This document shows, in pieces, positions 10,325 to 22,670 of a stretch of 23,570 nucleotides of DNA. This DNA is from Octopus sinensis (lineage: Eukaryota), in the NCBI RefSeq assembly GCF_006345805.1, contig NW_021836799.1:1-23570 (forward strand), in the 5' to 3' direction. The notes under the pieces were generated by a model that ran no database searches, was not told where the DNA came from, and was given only the letters and a program-made list of their open reading frames with translations. Each line of letters starts with the position of its first letter. Positions within the stretch are counted from its first letter, which is position 1. The position numbers and the translations under genes were made by a program.

Positions 10325-10759
10325 ATAACACTCAATTAAAGTGTGTTGGAATGAAAGACACGTTACCAGATGATCTGGGCTCGGTTATCAGTTCCAGACT
10401 CCACTCTTATTCTCCACTCTGTGTGATATGGCGGGTCAGTCTCGCGTGTCGAGTTCAAGCCACGTTATTTAGAAATAAAATAACACAGAAAACATAATTG
10501 GTATTTCCAAGTTTATACAAAACTTAAAATATCAGTTACATATATAAATGTAAATACACACACATACATGCACGCACGCACCTCCACACCCATTTACAAA
10601 CACGCTTTTATACGCACGCATAAATAATTATGTGGACTGGTCTGTGTATGAATACACATCAAAATAGTTCTCTTTTAATAAGCATCCTGGTAAAAATAAT
10701 TATATAAACAGAACAACAGAAAGGCACGCGTTTCAGTGCAAATATATTCATAAATGAAA

Positions 10760-10827
10760 AACACACATACATACATGCCTTCATACATGCATGCATAAAT
10801 GCATACATACATACATACATACATACA

Positions 10828-10859
<32 letters not shown>

Positions 10860-11142
10860 AACATACATACATACAAATGTACATACATTCGTACATACAT
10901 ACAAACATACATACATACATACATACATACATACATACATACATACATACAATACATACATATAAACATACATACATACAAATGTACATACATTCGTACA
11001 TACATACAAACATACATGCATGCATTCATACGTACATACATACATACCTGTATATATGCATATATGTGTATATATACATATGTATATATATATGTATACG
11101 TGTATATATACTCATATATATATTATATGTATATATGTGTGT
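10760..11142. repeat. (CATA)n array with an internal 105-bp higher-order duplication, then TA-rich
   Basis: Variant block TATAAACATACATACATACAAATGTACATACATTCGTACATACATACAAAC occurs at 10856 and 10961. Confidence 0.93.
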
Positions 11143-11638
11143 AAGCACATTATACATGGGCATACATATTTATAAACAGCTAATTCATTTTACACTTCTG
11201 TGACCACTTCCGCGGTAATTTCGTTTCGCCTAGCTCTGAAATATACTGTATATTTTAACACAATACGGCAAACTTTCTCCATCTCCATTATATGGTTCTT
11301 CGACGAAGAATTAATGAACGCACTGTAGGACCAAAACCATTGTCTTTGTGCACATGTGATGTTAGGAAAACATAGCTTGCATTTTTGCGACTTCCTGTTG
11401 ATGTATTATTTATGTTTTAGTGGAAGACTGCATCCGTTGCCGCCTGGTAAACGTGCTGATTCAAAGGTACTTCTGTATTTTGATACTCTATCTCTAAACT
11501 GCTTCCTTCGTTGTGTAATGCCACTATTTGTAAAAGATAACTACACTTCAAATAAGAAACCAAAAGACCAATATATCCTAATTTATAGTGATCCCAACAA
11601 CACTATTCTATATGACCCATGCAGGAGGCCCAATATTA

Positions 11639-11643
<5 letters not shown>

Positions 11644-11724
<81 letters not shown>

Positions 11725-11730
11725 ACACAT
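11644..11730. repeat. (CA)n microsatellite
   Basis: Seen directly. Confidence 0.97.
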
Positions 11731-11734
11731 ACTA

Positions 11735-11905
11735 TTTTACTCTTTTAGTCATTTGACTTTTTCAGATATTTGACGCAGCCATTGTGGAGCACCGCCTTTA
11801 ATGCAACAAATCCGACTCAGGACTTATTCTTTGTAAGCCTAGTACTTATTCTATCGGTATTTATGGTCAAAACGCTCAGCTATGGGGACGTAAACACAGA
11901 CATAC
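11735..11905 (-). mobile_element. SINE family A 3' half (diverged)
   Basis: Contains GGAGCACCGCCTT, GGACTTATTCTTTGTAAGCCTAGTACTTATTCTATCGGT and GGGGACGTAAACAC. Confidence 0.8.
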
Positions 11906-11928
11906 AAATACATACATACATACGTATG

Positions 11929-11989
<61 letters not shown>

Positions 11990-12015
11990 CATACCTACGT
12001 ATGTATGTATATATA

Positions 12016-12140
12016 CTTTCATATTTCATACTTTTATACTTTCATACTTTCATACTTTCTGGGTCAATAAAATAAGTATCAGTTGAAAATTGGGCACCCC
12101 TCCCCGAAACTGCTAGTCTTGTGCCAAAATTTGAAGCAAA
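12016..12140 (+). mobile_element. SINE family B 3' fragment preceded by a (CTTTCATA)n expansion
   Basis: GGGTCAATAAAATAAGTATCAGTTGAA..CCCCTCCCCGAAACTGCTAGTCTTGTGCCAAAATTTGAAGCAA. Confidence 0.72.
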
Positions 12141-12152
12141 TATTTTTAACAT

Positions 12153-12291
12153 AGGCTCAAGGGCAGAAATTTTGGAGGGTGAAACAGTTAGCCCTAGCAC
12201 TTGCCTGGTAATTTATTTTTTTCTTGATATCGTTAGTCATTTCGTCCGACACTCGTTAGATTGTCGGACAAATTGCCAGACCACCGCCTTA
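12153..12291 (-). mobile_element. SINE family B degenerate copy (tail and head, middle deleted)
   Basis: AGGCTCAAGGGCAGAAATTTTGGAGGG..CTGGTAATTTATTTT, then CATTTCGTCCGAC..TGCCAGACCACCGCCTT, resembling the reverse complement of the family B ends. Confidence 0.5.
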
Positions 12292-12504
12292 TACCACCGA
12301 AGAAATGATTCCTCGATGAGTTATAACAATAGATACATAGTGACAATGACAATAACTACAGTAACAATGGCAACAGTTTATAATAAACCAAGAGACCAGC
12401 AACCAATATAACAAGCAACAATGATTTTTATTGTCAATAACACAAGGTGAGTACTGTGACGTACATTAGAATAAGTATGTAATTATATTAGAATAATAGC
12501 ATTA

Positions 12505-12870
12505 CTGATAGTGTTTTTATCAACCTGTATATAGTGAAAGGTAAATTCGACCTTAAAAGTTGAAACGTAAAGCAGAAAATTAGATGAGATTAGGCATTTG
12601 GTCTGGTGTCTCTCGTCCTGTATTATACAGATTTATCATATGAATCTGATGGCCTTACTGTCTAATACAATGATTTCCCATATTAGTACAAATCCACAAA
12701 TTTATAAAGGAAAGGGTTTAAAGTAGGCTGATATTGACGCCAGTATATAAATGATAACTGAGACCAGAAAGATATAATGCAAAATCAATATCGAAGTTAC
12801 TTGAAATTATTCTTAGAAGCACGGACCTTCCAAATAATTTGTCTGGCGCTTTGCAGCTTCTTCTCCACTA
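12505..12870 (-). mobile_element. Two highly decayed family B-like relics
   Basis: Patchy matches only: TTTTATCAACC..TGAAAGGTAAATTCGACCT..GGCATTTGGTCTGGTG, and ATTGACGCCAGTA..AATGCAAAATCAAT..ATTTGTCTGGCGCT. Confidence 0.35.
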
Positions 12871-15294
12871 TCTTCCAATAACTATCATCCAATAATCCTA
12901 GCAATAAACATGCCTAAGACATAATAATAATGATGATTTCATACTTTTGTATTCTATTTCCTTTACTAAATCCTCCAGTGTACTGGATCTGATGTTTGCT
13001 TAACATCAAACACCACACGGCAATGATGATATCAGAGATACCCTGCATTTCAAAATGATGGACGTTTGTTCTAGTTTGCAAGCTTATCCTTTGCTTTCAC
13101 TAATACTGTAGGCATATTTTAAAGAATGATGAATGGTGTAATTATCAACAGTGATATCAGAGGAGTTCGCACCTAATCTCGACAATATTGTCGTTGGCAA
13201 AAATACAATGAGAAATTAGCTCAGTTTATTTCAATTACTAAGAGACTCAACATTACATTGAACAATGACAAATATTTTCTGTATCAAACATTGAATTATT
13301 ACTTCGAGGATTAAACAGAAAATGGATCTTAGCAACTTGACCCGGAAAGATTGAATCTTCTCGTTCATTATGCGCCTCTTAACAATCCTTTACGACCCCA
13401 ATGACCACTAGGTTAGTTTAGTTACTATTCTAAGAGTGTCCTTTTCTCGGCTCGGATTTAACCTGCTCCATTGCAAAAAAGACCCCTAGATATTCAATAT
13501 TTAATGACTTTCTATTTTTACTTCGAGCCACTATAAGCTGAAACAGGGGATTCTGGAATTCTAAAGTGGAATGTGACTATTATAGAAAATGTTAGAGAAA
13601 GGAAACTTCTTTTTATTTCGAGGTTAATATACATCACCTACTACTGATCAACAAAACTTTTCGCTTCTAATTAGTTGCGAAAGCAGGGGAAAAACGAAGA
13701 ATGAAAGCAATCTTCGTTGGCACATAGAATTACCGCTTTACATTTACGAGAGCTTTACATTTACGATTGTGCTTAGAGTAGAAAAGAATATTTGCCACTG
13801 ACGGTCAGAAAGAAAATACAGAAATCTAAATTTAGCAATTCCACCACCGCTACTGGATACTTTTCACCTGATTCTGATATGCTTTTGTGCATTTTAGCAT
13901 TATACGTGTATACGAGATGCTGTCTCGAGAGGAATATCGCAATTCTGTGGCTTTCTACCGCATATCCACGATAAGTTATCAATTCTACTCTGCCCAGATA
14001 CGCATAACTGTATCGAAGGCAGTGAAATAGCTTCAGCATCAACAGCTCCATTGGCCGTGTACACTGTGCAGATATGCAATACGAGTAGCGTAACTGCAAC
14101 TATTGCACTCCAAACCAATCCCCCACAACCGCCTTCTTTGCAGTTACGAAAAGAATCTACGGGCGTACAGGAATAGATTGGACAATGAAGAGACTGCCGT
14201 ATAGCCAGATTTCCACACTACACTCCAGTATGATTGATCACTGTATGTCGGAGTACGAAGGGTCTCGGCTAGGAAGTGATATGCTATAACAAGGAAGATG
14301 TATCTGACGACGATAGCTTGTCTTTAGGCTTGGGGGTTACACAACAATAACGCTGCAAAAGCAACAAAAACAAGCAAAAAAGATTCATTATAACAAAAAA
14401 CAAAGCGTAAATCAATCAAGCAAGCCGAAAAAAAAGTCAAGCGTATGAAACAAGTAAAAATAACAAAGAGACAAAAATCATAAAATCCACACAAATACAT
14501 CCTACCTCCTACACCTTCCCCCCCCACCCCGCAAACAAACACGAGAACATCACAACACGACCAACAATCACAGCAACAATGGGAGATGTTAAGCAACAAA
14601 GATATCAGCACCACCAACCACCACCACCACCACCATCAACACCACCGCCACCACCACCACCACCACCATCGCCAGTAGCATTTACAGTAGCGAGCAATAC
14701 TATCAAGGACGAAATAACGGCTAACAACAAACGTAACATTATATATAAGTTGAACACCTTCCCTCACTAGCACCAGCACCAGCACCACCAGCCCCATAAC
14801 ATATCACACACACACACACACATGCATACACACACACACACATGCAAGCACACATACACATTCACATTGCCGCAAAGCCTCTCGTTTCTACTATTATGTT
14901 ACTACTCTATAATACTATACTCGACAGTTACGCGTACAACTCTTACACAGATATACCTATATATAGACTAAATCAGCTTTCGTTTTTCGCAAGGATTTCT
15001 ACTTTGGTTTGTTTTCGTTTTGGTTTTCGTTTCCTTCTTTGTTTTCTCGTTCTTAATTTCTTTCCTTATTTTGTTTATCTTTTATTTTATTTTATTTCCT
15101 TTTATTTTTTTTTTTTGCATCATTATTTTCATCATATGCATTTCTTAAACTTGACCGTGAAAAACAGAGAAAGGAAAGTGAATAGAAGGCAGGTGCCACC
15201 CCACCCGTTCTTTGCCACTCTACCCAGAGTCATGGAGGGAGAAGAAGGAGGAGGAGGTTGGAGGAGGTTAGAGGAGATAAAGGATCACAGCTTT

Positions 15295-15298
15295 GTAG

Positions 15299-15352
<54 letters not shown>
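15295..15352. repeat. (AGT)n microsatellite
   Basis: Seen directly. Confidence 0.95.
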
Positions 15353-15353
<1 letters not shown>

Positions 15354-15569
15354 GTTCAATAAAGTAAGGGATTGGTTGGTGGGTTTCTGTATATTTGTTT
15401 ACTTATTTGTTTGGTTGGTTGGTTGGTTGGATGGTTGGACGGATAGTTTGGATGGGGGGAGGGGGAGAATGAGCAGGAGAAAAGAAACAAAGAGAAATCA
15501 GCTCCCTTCCTTTTGCAAAACTCCAGTTGAATTTACCGAACAGACAGAATAAGAATATATAAATATATG

Positions 15570-16062
<493 letters not shown>

Positions 16063-16861
16063 TAATTCTCCCATTCTTCCTTAGATGTCTCGTCTTCGTC
16101 TCCTTCTTTCATCCCTTATCTTCTTTCTCTTTGTTTCACTTCCCAACCAACCCCTTCAATAAGTGCAATTCGCTTTCTCTTTTCTTTTTTTTTTTTTTTC
16201 CTTTACATATATATACACACATGCATGCGTACACGCCCATATATATATATACACAAATACGTGCGTGGGTGTGTTTTTATGCATTGCGTGCGTACTCACA
16301 CATAAACTGTGCCTTTTGAATTTCTAAATTTTTTTTTGCTTTTTGTATATAATTTTTCTCTTGTTTTACTTTCATATTTGAACCCGTTTTCGTTTTTCAA
16401 ATCCTTGTTCTCCTTTCCGCGTTTTCATTGTTTTATTTGCCCCATTCTTTCTTTTTTTCCTTCCTTTCTTCCTGCCTTCCTTCCTTCCTTCCTTCAGTCA
16501 TTTTCAATTTTTCTTTTTTATGCTTTATCTTTCTCTCGCCTTTTTCTTACTTACAACTAAAGTTGAATTCCGGGGGAAGCCCAACAATCTTATTGCACAC
16601 ACAAGCACATATATCTCCCTCCCTCTCTCTCCTCCTTTCTCTTTCTTTTCAAGTATAGACACAAATACACACGCGCGCCCACGCACACACGTACACACGC
16701 CCATACACATACATAGGCGCCCAGAACAGTGAGATACTGACTGTATGCATTAGTTTGTACTCTTACGACCTAGTAACGGTGTTTACAATGACATAATGTT
16801 TCCCAATGTTTATATTAGAACAAGAAACCGTTAATTTTCTCTCATATATGTATGTACGTAT

Positions 16862-16963
16862 ATACATACATGCATACATACATACATACATACATACATA
16901 CATACATACATACATACATACATACATACATACATACATACATACACACATACATACATACAT
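16862..16963. repeat. (CATA)n microsatellite
   Basis: Seen directly. Confidence 0.95.
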
Positions 16964-16999
16964 AAATCTCTAGTATGTAGACGAATGTACAAGAGGAAA

Positions 17000-17120
17000 T
17001 ACTGGCCGTATGAGACATGGACCATCAGGCGGGCCGCACGACTAAAACAAAATTTAAGGTAATTTTTTTTATTAAGCCTGCCACTCTGAAAGTCCCGCGG
17101 GCCGCAGTTTATTTATGACC
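17000..17120. mobile_element. Possible non-autonomous hAT/MITE relic
   Basis: GCGGGCCGCA occurs twice (~17028, ~17097), the second followed by GTTT, resembling hAT-Charlie subterminal motifs. No terminal inverted repeats or TSD are visible. Confidence 0.3.
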
Positions 17121-17218
17121 GGACTAAACAATGAACTTCGAACGAATTAATAAATTATAACACACGTAACCGAATACTTTTGATACTGTTTATAGATAAG
17201 TAATGTATGAGCAACTTA

Positions 17219-17408
17219 AAGCGACGAGCTGGCAGAAGCGTTAGCACGCCGGACCAAATGTATCTCCACGTTCTGCGCTCAAATGTCGCCGGAATCGACT
17301 TTGTCTTTCATCCTTTCGGGGTCGATAAAATAAGTATCAGTTGAACACTGGGGTCGAGGTAGTCGACTCAACCCTTACCCGAAAGTACTAACCTTGTGCC
17401 AAAATTTT
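17219..17408 (+). mobile_element. SINE family B, tail type 2
   Basis: GCGACGAGCTGGCAGAAGCGTTAGC..TTTCATCCTTTCGGGGTCGATAAAATAAGTATCAGTTGAACACTGGGGTCGA..CCTTGTGCCAAAATTT. Confidence 0.83.
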
Positions 17409-17625
17409 TGTGCAACTTTTGGTTTCTTCTAGATTTTTCCTTCCCGTTTTATTTCTTTCACAAAGAAATTTTATATCTTTGGTCAAAGCTTTAATTTATT
17501 CTTAATTATTTATAAAATATTCTCAGTGACAACGGTCAGATGTAACGATTCTGACCTCTTCCATTCATGTTCCTCATAATATTAACACACCTGCGTAAAT
17601 TTGTTTATATTGTTGAATATTCTAA

Positions 17626-17841
17626 AGGTAGCAAGTTGGTAGAATCATGAGCGCATTCAGGCATTAATTCTTGATGATATTTCTTTTGGCTATACGTTCT
17701 GAGTTTAAATACCACTGATGCTGACATGACCTTACACCCTTTCGGGAACAATAAAATAGGGACCAGTTGAGCATTGAGGTCGACATAATCGACTAACCGC
17801 CCAACCGCTACATTTCAGGCTTTGTTCCTATAATAGAAAGA
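17626..17841 (+). mobile_element. SINE family B, older copy with a variant tail
   Basis: AAGGTAGCAAGTTGGTAGAATC..ACGTTCTGAGTTTAAAT..CCCTTTCGGG..ATAAAATAGGGACCAGTTGAGCATTGAGGTCGAC..ATTTCAGGCTTTGTTCCTATAATAGAAAG. Confidence 0.7.
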
Positions 17842-18241
17842 AAGAGCCGTTGAACATTTTGTCTAGTGTTTCATAATGTAGCTTCAACTAACTGCATGTT
17901 CGTAAGTATTCAACAGGGCCTAAACTTGGTTAATGAGATGAAGTTGAAAGTATTACCTTATTTATTGTACAGTTTATCAAAGAAAATATTTTCTGGCACT
18001 TAAGTAAACGCTCCTCTCCTCTCCTCCGAAAACTCATCTGACAGCAATACGTGCATATACAAGCACGCAAGTTGCTGTTGTTGTTTGCGTTAGCTGCTTA
18101 CTTTACAAAGTTTCTCGTTTTGTTTGCATTTGATAGTTTATCTTTCAATAGTTAACAGATGATGATGACAGCGATGACGACAACGACCACGAGATGGGTG
18201 ATAATGATGCGGCTCAACAATTCATTTTATCGGTGAATGTT

Positions 18242-18400
18242 TCTACTATGTTCGGTTGTGTCTGGGGAGAGTCATTTTCTTTTCGTGCCTTGTAATTTAA
18301 CACACACACTCACCGGTAAAATTTCCATTTATTTCTTATTTTTATTTTCCTAAAATTTTCGTTGCATCTTGCAACCTTTTCAATAGTCTTGACTCTACTA
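18242..18400 (-). mobile_element. Probable dispersed repeat carrying a hammerhead-like core (possible Penelope-type LTR relic)
   Basis: Perfect GTTGC/GCAAC hairpin framed by TTGAAAAG and GAAA on the minus strand. The repeat identity is inferred. Confidence 0.3.
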
Positions 18401-18774
18401 TAATTTTTTTACCAAATCGGAAAAATACAAATAAATGCTTTAACATTAATTTTACTAATAAAAAAGTAATTTTTTTCTGATTTCAACAGTCTTAAATTTA
18501 GTTGGACGGCAGCCATGCCGGGCACGGCACCGTCTTGGGCAGACATTGAGACACTGATACACGTAAAAAAAGTTAACAGCAAACAGCGATACTTGTGTTC
18601 TAACTAGAAATGCAATCGAATATGTTGAAACAAACTCAACTAGTGACTTTCAGCTATTTGTGATTATGAGGAACGATGCAAAGTTGCATTTGGCTGTCAT
18701 TCAATGTTGTCACATGAAATATTTCAATACACATTTCTGGAAACTAATCTTATAAGCACACACGCATATAAATA

Positions 18775-18776
18775 CG

Positions 18777-18831
<55 letters not shown>

Positions 18832-18958
18832 CACACACACACACACACATACACACACACATAGTCTGCAGAAGAATATCATAGATATATTTACCATGTT
18901 CGAATGCCTGCTACGTAGGTCTCTCTCTCTCTCTCCCGATATATATATATATATATAT

Positions 18959-18997
<39 letters not shown>
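18775..18997. repeat. (CG)n(CA)n, then (CT)n-(TA)n-(GA)n
   Basis: Seen directly. Confidence 0.92.
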
Positions 18998-19000
<3 letters not shown>

Positions 19001-19422
19001 ACGTAATGCCAGGAAAATAAGTAGCTAATCTCATTATATACTCAAGAAATCCCGTAGCTTCAGAGAACTGGTACTACTAATCTAATTTGCATACTATAAC
19101 TATTTATCACCTTAATGCTTTGTGGCTTGTCAGTGGGAATCTCAGTTCACACAGTATCAAGAAATTATATAAAATATGTAAACGTACGAAGCAGAAATAC
19201 TATCATGGCAAATTTGACTATTTTTCCGTAGGCTGAAAAACTGAAAAGCCTTATTCGATTTAAACCTTAGAACGATGTCACTAGAAAGACCTACGCAGAA
19301 AAAAAAAAGAACAATTTACTGGTACATTGTTTTTACAATTTTTAATTTTGGTATTCGTAGATATTTACTTATTAAGTAAATATATATATATATATATATA
19401 TATATAGATATATAATATATAT

Positions 19423-19462
<40 letters not shown>

Positions 19463-19469
19463 TCTTCAA

Positions 19470-19878
19470 GGCACAGGAGTGGCCTGTGTTGTAAGTAGCT
19501 TGCTTATCAACCACATGGTTCCGGGTTCAGCCCCACTGCGTGGCACCTTGGGCAAGTGTCCTCTACTATAGTCTCGGGCCGACCAAAGCCTTGTGAGTAG
19601 ATTTGGTAGACGGAAACTGAAAGAATCCCGTCGTATATATATATATACACGACGGGCTTCTTTCATATATATATATATAATTCATATATATGTGTGTGTG
19701 TTTGTGTTTGTCCGATGCTGGTGTGTTTACGTCCCCGTCATTTAGTTCGGCAAGAGAGACCGATAGAATAAGTACCAAGCTAACAAAAAATAAGTCCTAG
19801 GGTCGATTTGCTCGACTAAAGGCGGTGCTCCAGCATGGCCGCAGTCTGAAACAAATAAAAGAAAAAAAAGAAAAGAAA
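19470..19878 (+). mobile_element. SINE family A, near full-length (tRNA-like head, CORE-like segment, internal TA/TG microsatellite, 3' module and tail)
   Basis: Head GGCACAGGAGTGGC.. with a B-box-like GGTTCAGCCCC, then CORE-like CACCTTGGGCAAGTG, internal (TA)n(TG)n, and tail AAGGCGGTGCTCCAGCATGGCCGCAGTC..GAAAC plus an A-rich end. Homologous to many other copies in the window. Confidence 0.88.
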
Positions 19879-21267
19879 GCCCCGCAGAAACAGCTAAAGA
19901 TATTTCACTATCTGCTAAAAACTAATGAATAAGTTAAGGCTGAGAGTTTCAGTAAATGTAATAATGTCTGTATGTGCATGGGTGTATGTACAGTGTAGGT
20001 TTCATGCTATAAACTGTGTTTAAGCAACTTTGAGATTTTTTTTTTAGTATTAACAAGAGTAACGCCAACTAACTATTAATACTATTAAATAAAAAGAGTA
20101 AACAATGATAAAAATAGCAGCGGCCGATGTTCGTTTTATGTATATTTCTTGGCAAATAAATACTAAATGTCATCTGTCTAATGAAAATAAAATGGAGTTT
20201 TATATAACACTTAGATATCAATTACCATTCATCAGCTGCTACATTTACCATGTACACCCTCCAAAGATCAAGCAACGACAGGAGCTGTGGTTCCTGTCAT
20301 TGTTTATCAAATGACGGGAGTTACAGGTAGACCAGTTGACTTGAAGAGACAATGGTTTGTATTCTGTCTCTGTCTATGCGCAGTGTCCATAGCCCAAACA
20401 ATCTTTAAAGCCTCAACGTTCGTAGATGTAGGTGATCAAAACAGAGTAGTATACGACTCAGTGTTAAAAACAAACTTAGTTCAGACAAATTGAGAATTTT
20501 GTTGAATCCTGTTTAGTTATTCAATCTCATAAATCTTTCGACGTAGCAAATGAGAATTGTAAGATGCATCGTTTTTCAGATTAAATAAGAACCCCATATT
20601 TTATAAAACATAGATTCCAAAATTCAATTTTGAACTTCTTCAATAAGAATATTAAGGAAGTATTACTGAAGACAGAAGAAATCGTTAATTTTCTGTTGTT
20701 GATTTTTGTTTCTTTTTAGTAAATCGTACTTTTTTCTATAGGTTATAAAGTAGAATAGGAAAAATGTAAACATGTAAATATTAGACTTCATTTATAGATC
20801 GATAAGATCCGATTATAAATTAGTAAAATAACATCATTTGCAGTTTGAAATTGAGGCCCCGTCTTGGCTAAAACTTATCTCACCTTTAAGATGATTTCAT
20901 ACTTGGAGATATAAAATGTTTATAGTGAAGGTGAAACAAGACTGCCGTCAGGCCCTTGTGAGAGAACGTCCTAGTAAGGGGTCCTAATTATTTTTATTTT
21001 ATTTTGTTTGTTAGGGAAGGCCCCGGCAAATAATCAAGGGTAGAGTGGGTTGCGGCCCGATCTAAAGGTGCGGGCTGAATCCAAAACTATTATTTAAACA
21101 ATAGTGGAATATTGATGATCGTATCGATCCAGTATATTACTGATACTGAATTTAGCAACGGCAGAGGAACAAAAACTAACGAGTCATCTACTGGATAACC
21201 AAAATGAAATAACAAGTGCTTCAACAAGTTGTTGAATGCCCTTGTGATGTGGCCCTCATCTATGCCC

Positions 21268-21424
21268 CACTGCCAAGAGCAGCTCTGTGTGCCTTGGATA
21301 TGTGCTGCGGTTTGTTGTGGTGTTCTTATTTTCACTGTACTGAAAGTGCTTTGTGTAGGATGTGTGCGGTGCCTGGTATTGCTATTTTCTGTATGTTATA
21401 TACACTTGTAAGTCCTGGTGTTTT
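21268..21424 (-). mobile_element. 3' fragment of an RLE-type (R4/Dong-like) non-LTR retrotransposon
   Basis: 21424-21332 translates KTPGLTSVYNIQKIAIPGTAHILHKALSVQ*, matching the C-terminal QKxxxLGTAxILRKxL motif of R4/Dong elements. The 5' truncation abuts a (TGA)n(TAA)n tract. The 3' boundary is approximate. Confidence 0.7.
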
Positions 21425-21517
21425 ATCATCATCATCATCATCATCATCATTATTATTATTATATTATTATTATTATTATTATATTATTATTATTATTATT
21501 ATTATTATATTTCATTA

Positions 21518-21548
<31 letters not shown>

Positions 21549-21606
21549 TATTATTATATTATTATTATCATTATTATTATTATTATTTATTATATTATTA
21601 TTATTA

Positions 21607-21653
<47 letters not shown>
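21425..21653. repeat. (TCA)n(TTA)n trinucleotide array
   Basis: Seen directly. Confidence 0.97.
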
Positions 21654-21655
<2 letters not shown>

Positions 21656-21851
21656 GGCGGCGAGCTGGAAGGATCATAGCGCGCTGGACGAAAAATGCTT
21701 AGTGGTATTTCGCCCGTCGCTCTGTTCTGAGTTCAAATTCCGCCGAGGACAACTTTGCCTTTCACCCTTTTGGGGTCGATAAAATAAGAACCTGTTGAAC
21801 ACTGGGGGTCGATGTAATAGACTCATCCCCTCCCCTAAAATTTGAAACCAT
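21654..21851 (+). mobile_element. SINE family B, full-length, tail type 2 (shortened)
   Basis: GGCGGCGAGCTGG..GAGTTCAAATTCCGCCGAGG..GGGGTCGATAAAATAAG..CCCCTCCCCTAAAATTTGAAACCA, flanked by (TTA)n. Confidence 0.85.
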
Positions 21852-21951
21852 TGTTATTATTATTATTAATATTATTATTAGTAGTAGTAGTAGTGGTAGT
21901 AGTAGTAGTAGTAGTGGTAGTAGTGGTAGTAGTAGTAGTGGTAGTAGTAGT

Positions 21952-22021
<70 letters not shown>
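21852..22021. repeat. (TTA)n then (GTA)n with GTG interruptions
   Basis: Seen directly. Confidence 0.96.
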
Positions 22022-22316
22022 TGTATTTGCTGGTACGGGATGAGAGGATAATGTCGTGCTTTTAATATATCCTTCAAAGTGACTAATTGGGTTCAAAAAC
22101 CTTTCAACTGAAATTTAGAATCGAACACCCTACCTCAGCTGGAGGAGGAGAGGGGCTTATGCATGTTTTAGATCGTTTGCTAACCTACCGTTACCAATAA
22201 TAATTTCGCCGTTGAGAACAAAAGCCAAGAACTTCAACATCAACAGGGGCAGCACTAACTAAAGCAGCAGCAGCAGCGGTAACAGAAGTAATAAAAACAA
22301 AGGATAACGGCAAATA

Positions 22317-22471
22317 ACTACTACTACTACTGCTACTACTACTACTACTGCTACTACTACTACTACTACTACTAGCACCACCACAACTACTACTACTACC
22401 ACCATGGGCACCACTGCTACCAGCACGACCACCGCCACTACTACAAGCTCCACCACCACCACCATCACCAT

Positions 22472-22525
<54 letters not shown>

Positions 22526-22598
22526 TACTACTACTACTACTACTACTAATAATAATAATAATATTACTACTACTACTGTTACTGCTGCTACTACTACT

Positions 22599-22662
<64 letters not shown>

Positions 22663-22670
22663 ACTGCTAT
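22317..22670. repeat. (CTA)n/(CCA)n/(TAA)n/(CTG)n compound trinucleotide array
   Basis: Seen directly. Confidence 0.96.

Noticed and set aside
12929-12996. C/D box snoRNA-like (ATGATGA..CTGA)
   Set aside because: The C box arises from (AAT)(GAT) repeats, the terminal stem is weak, and no rRNA-complementary guide is recognisable.
14842-15552. 236-aa ORF with hydrophobic and poly-Ser stretches
   Set aside because: Built from (CA)n, T-rich low-complexity, (AGT)n and (TTGG)n repeats.
20850-21085. GC-rich patches (GGCCCC, TGCGGCCCG) suggesting a DNA transposon relic
   Set aside because: No terminal inverted repeats, TSD or second copy visible; too weak to call.
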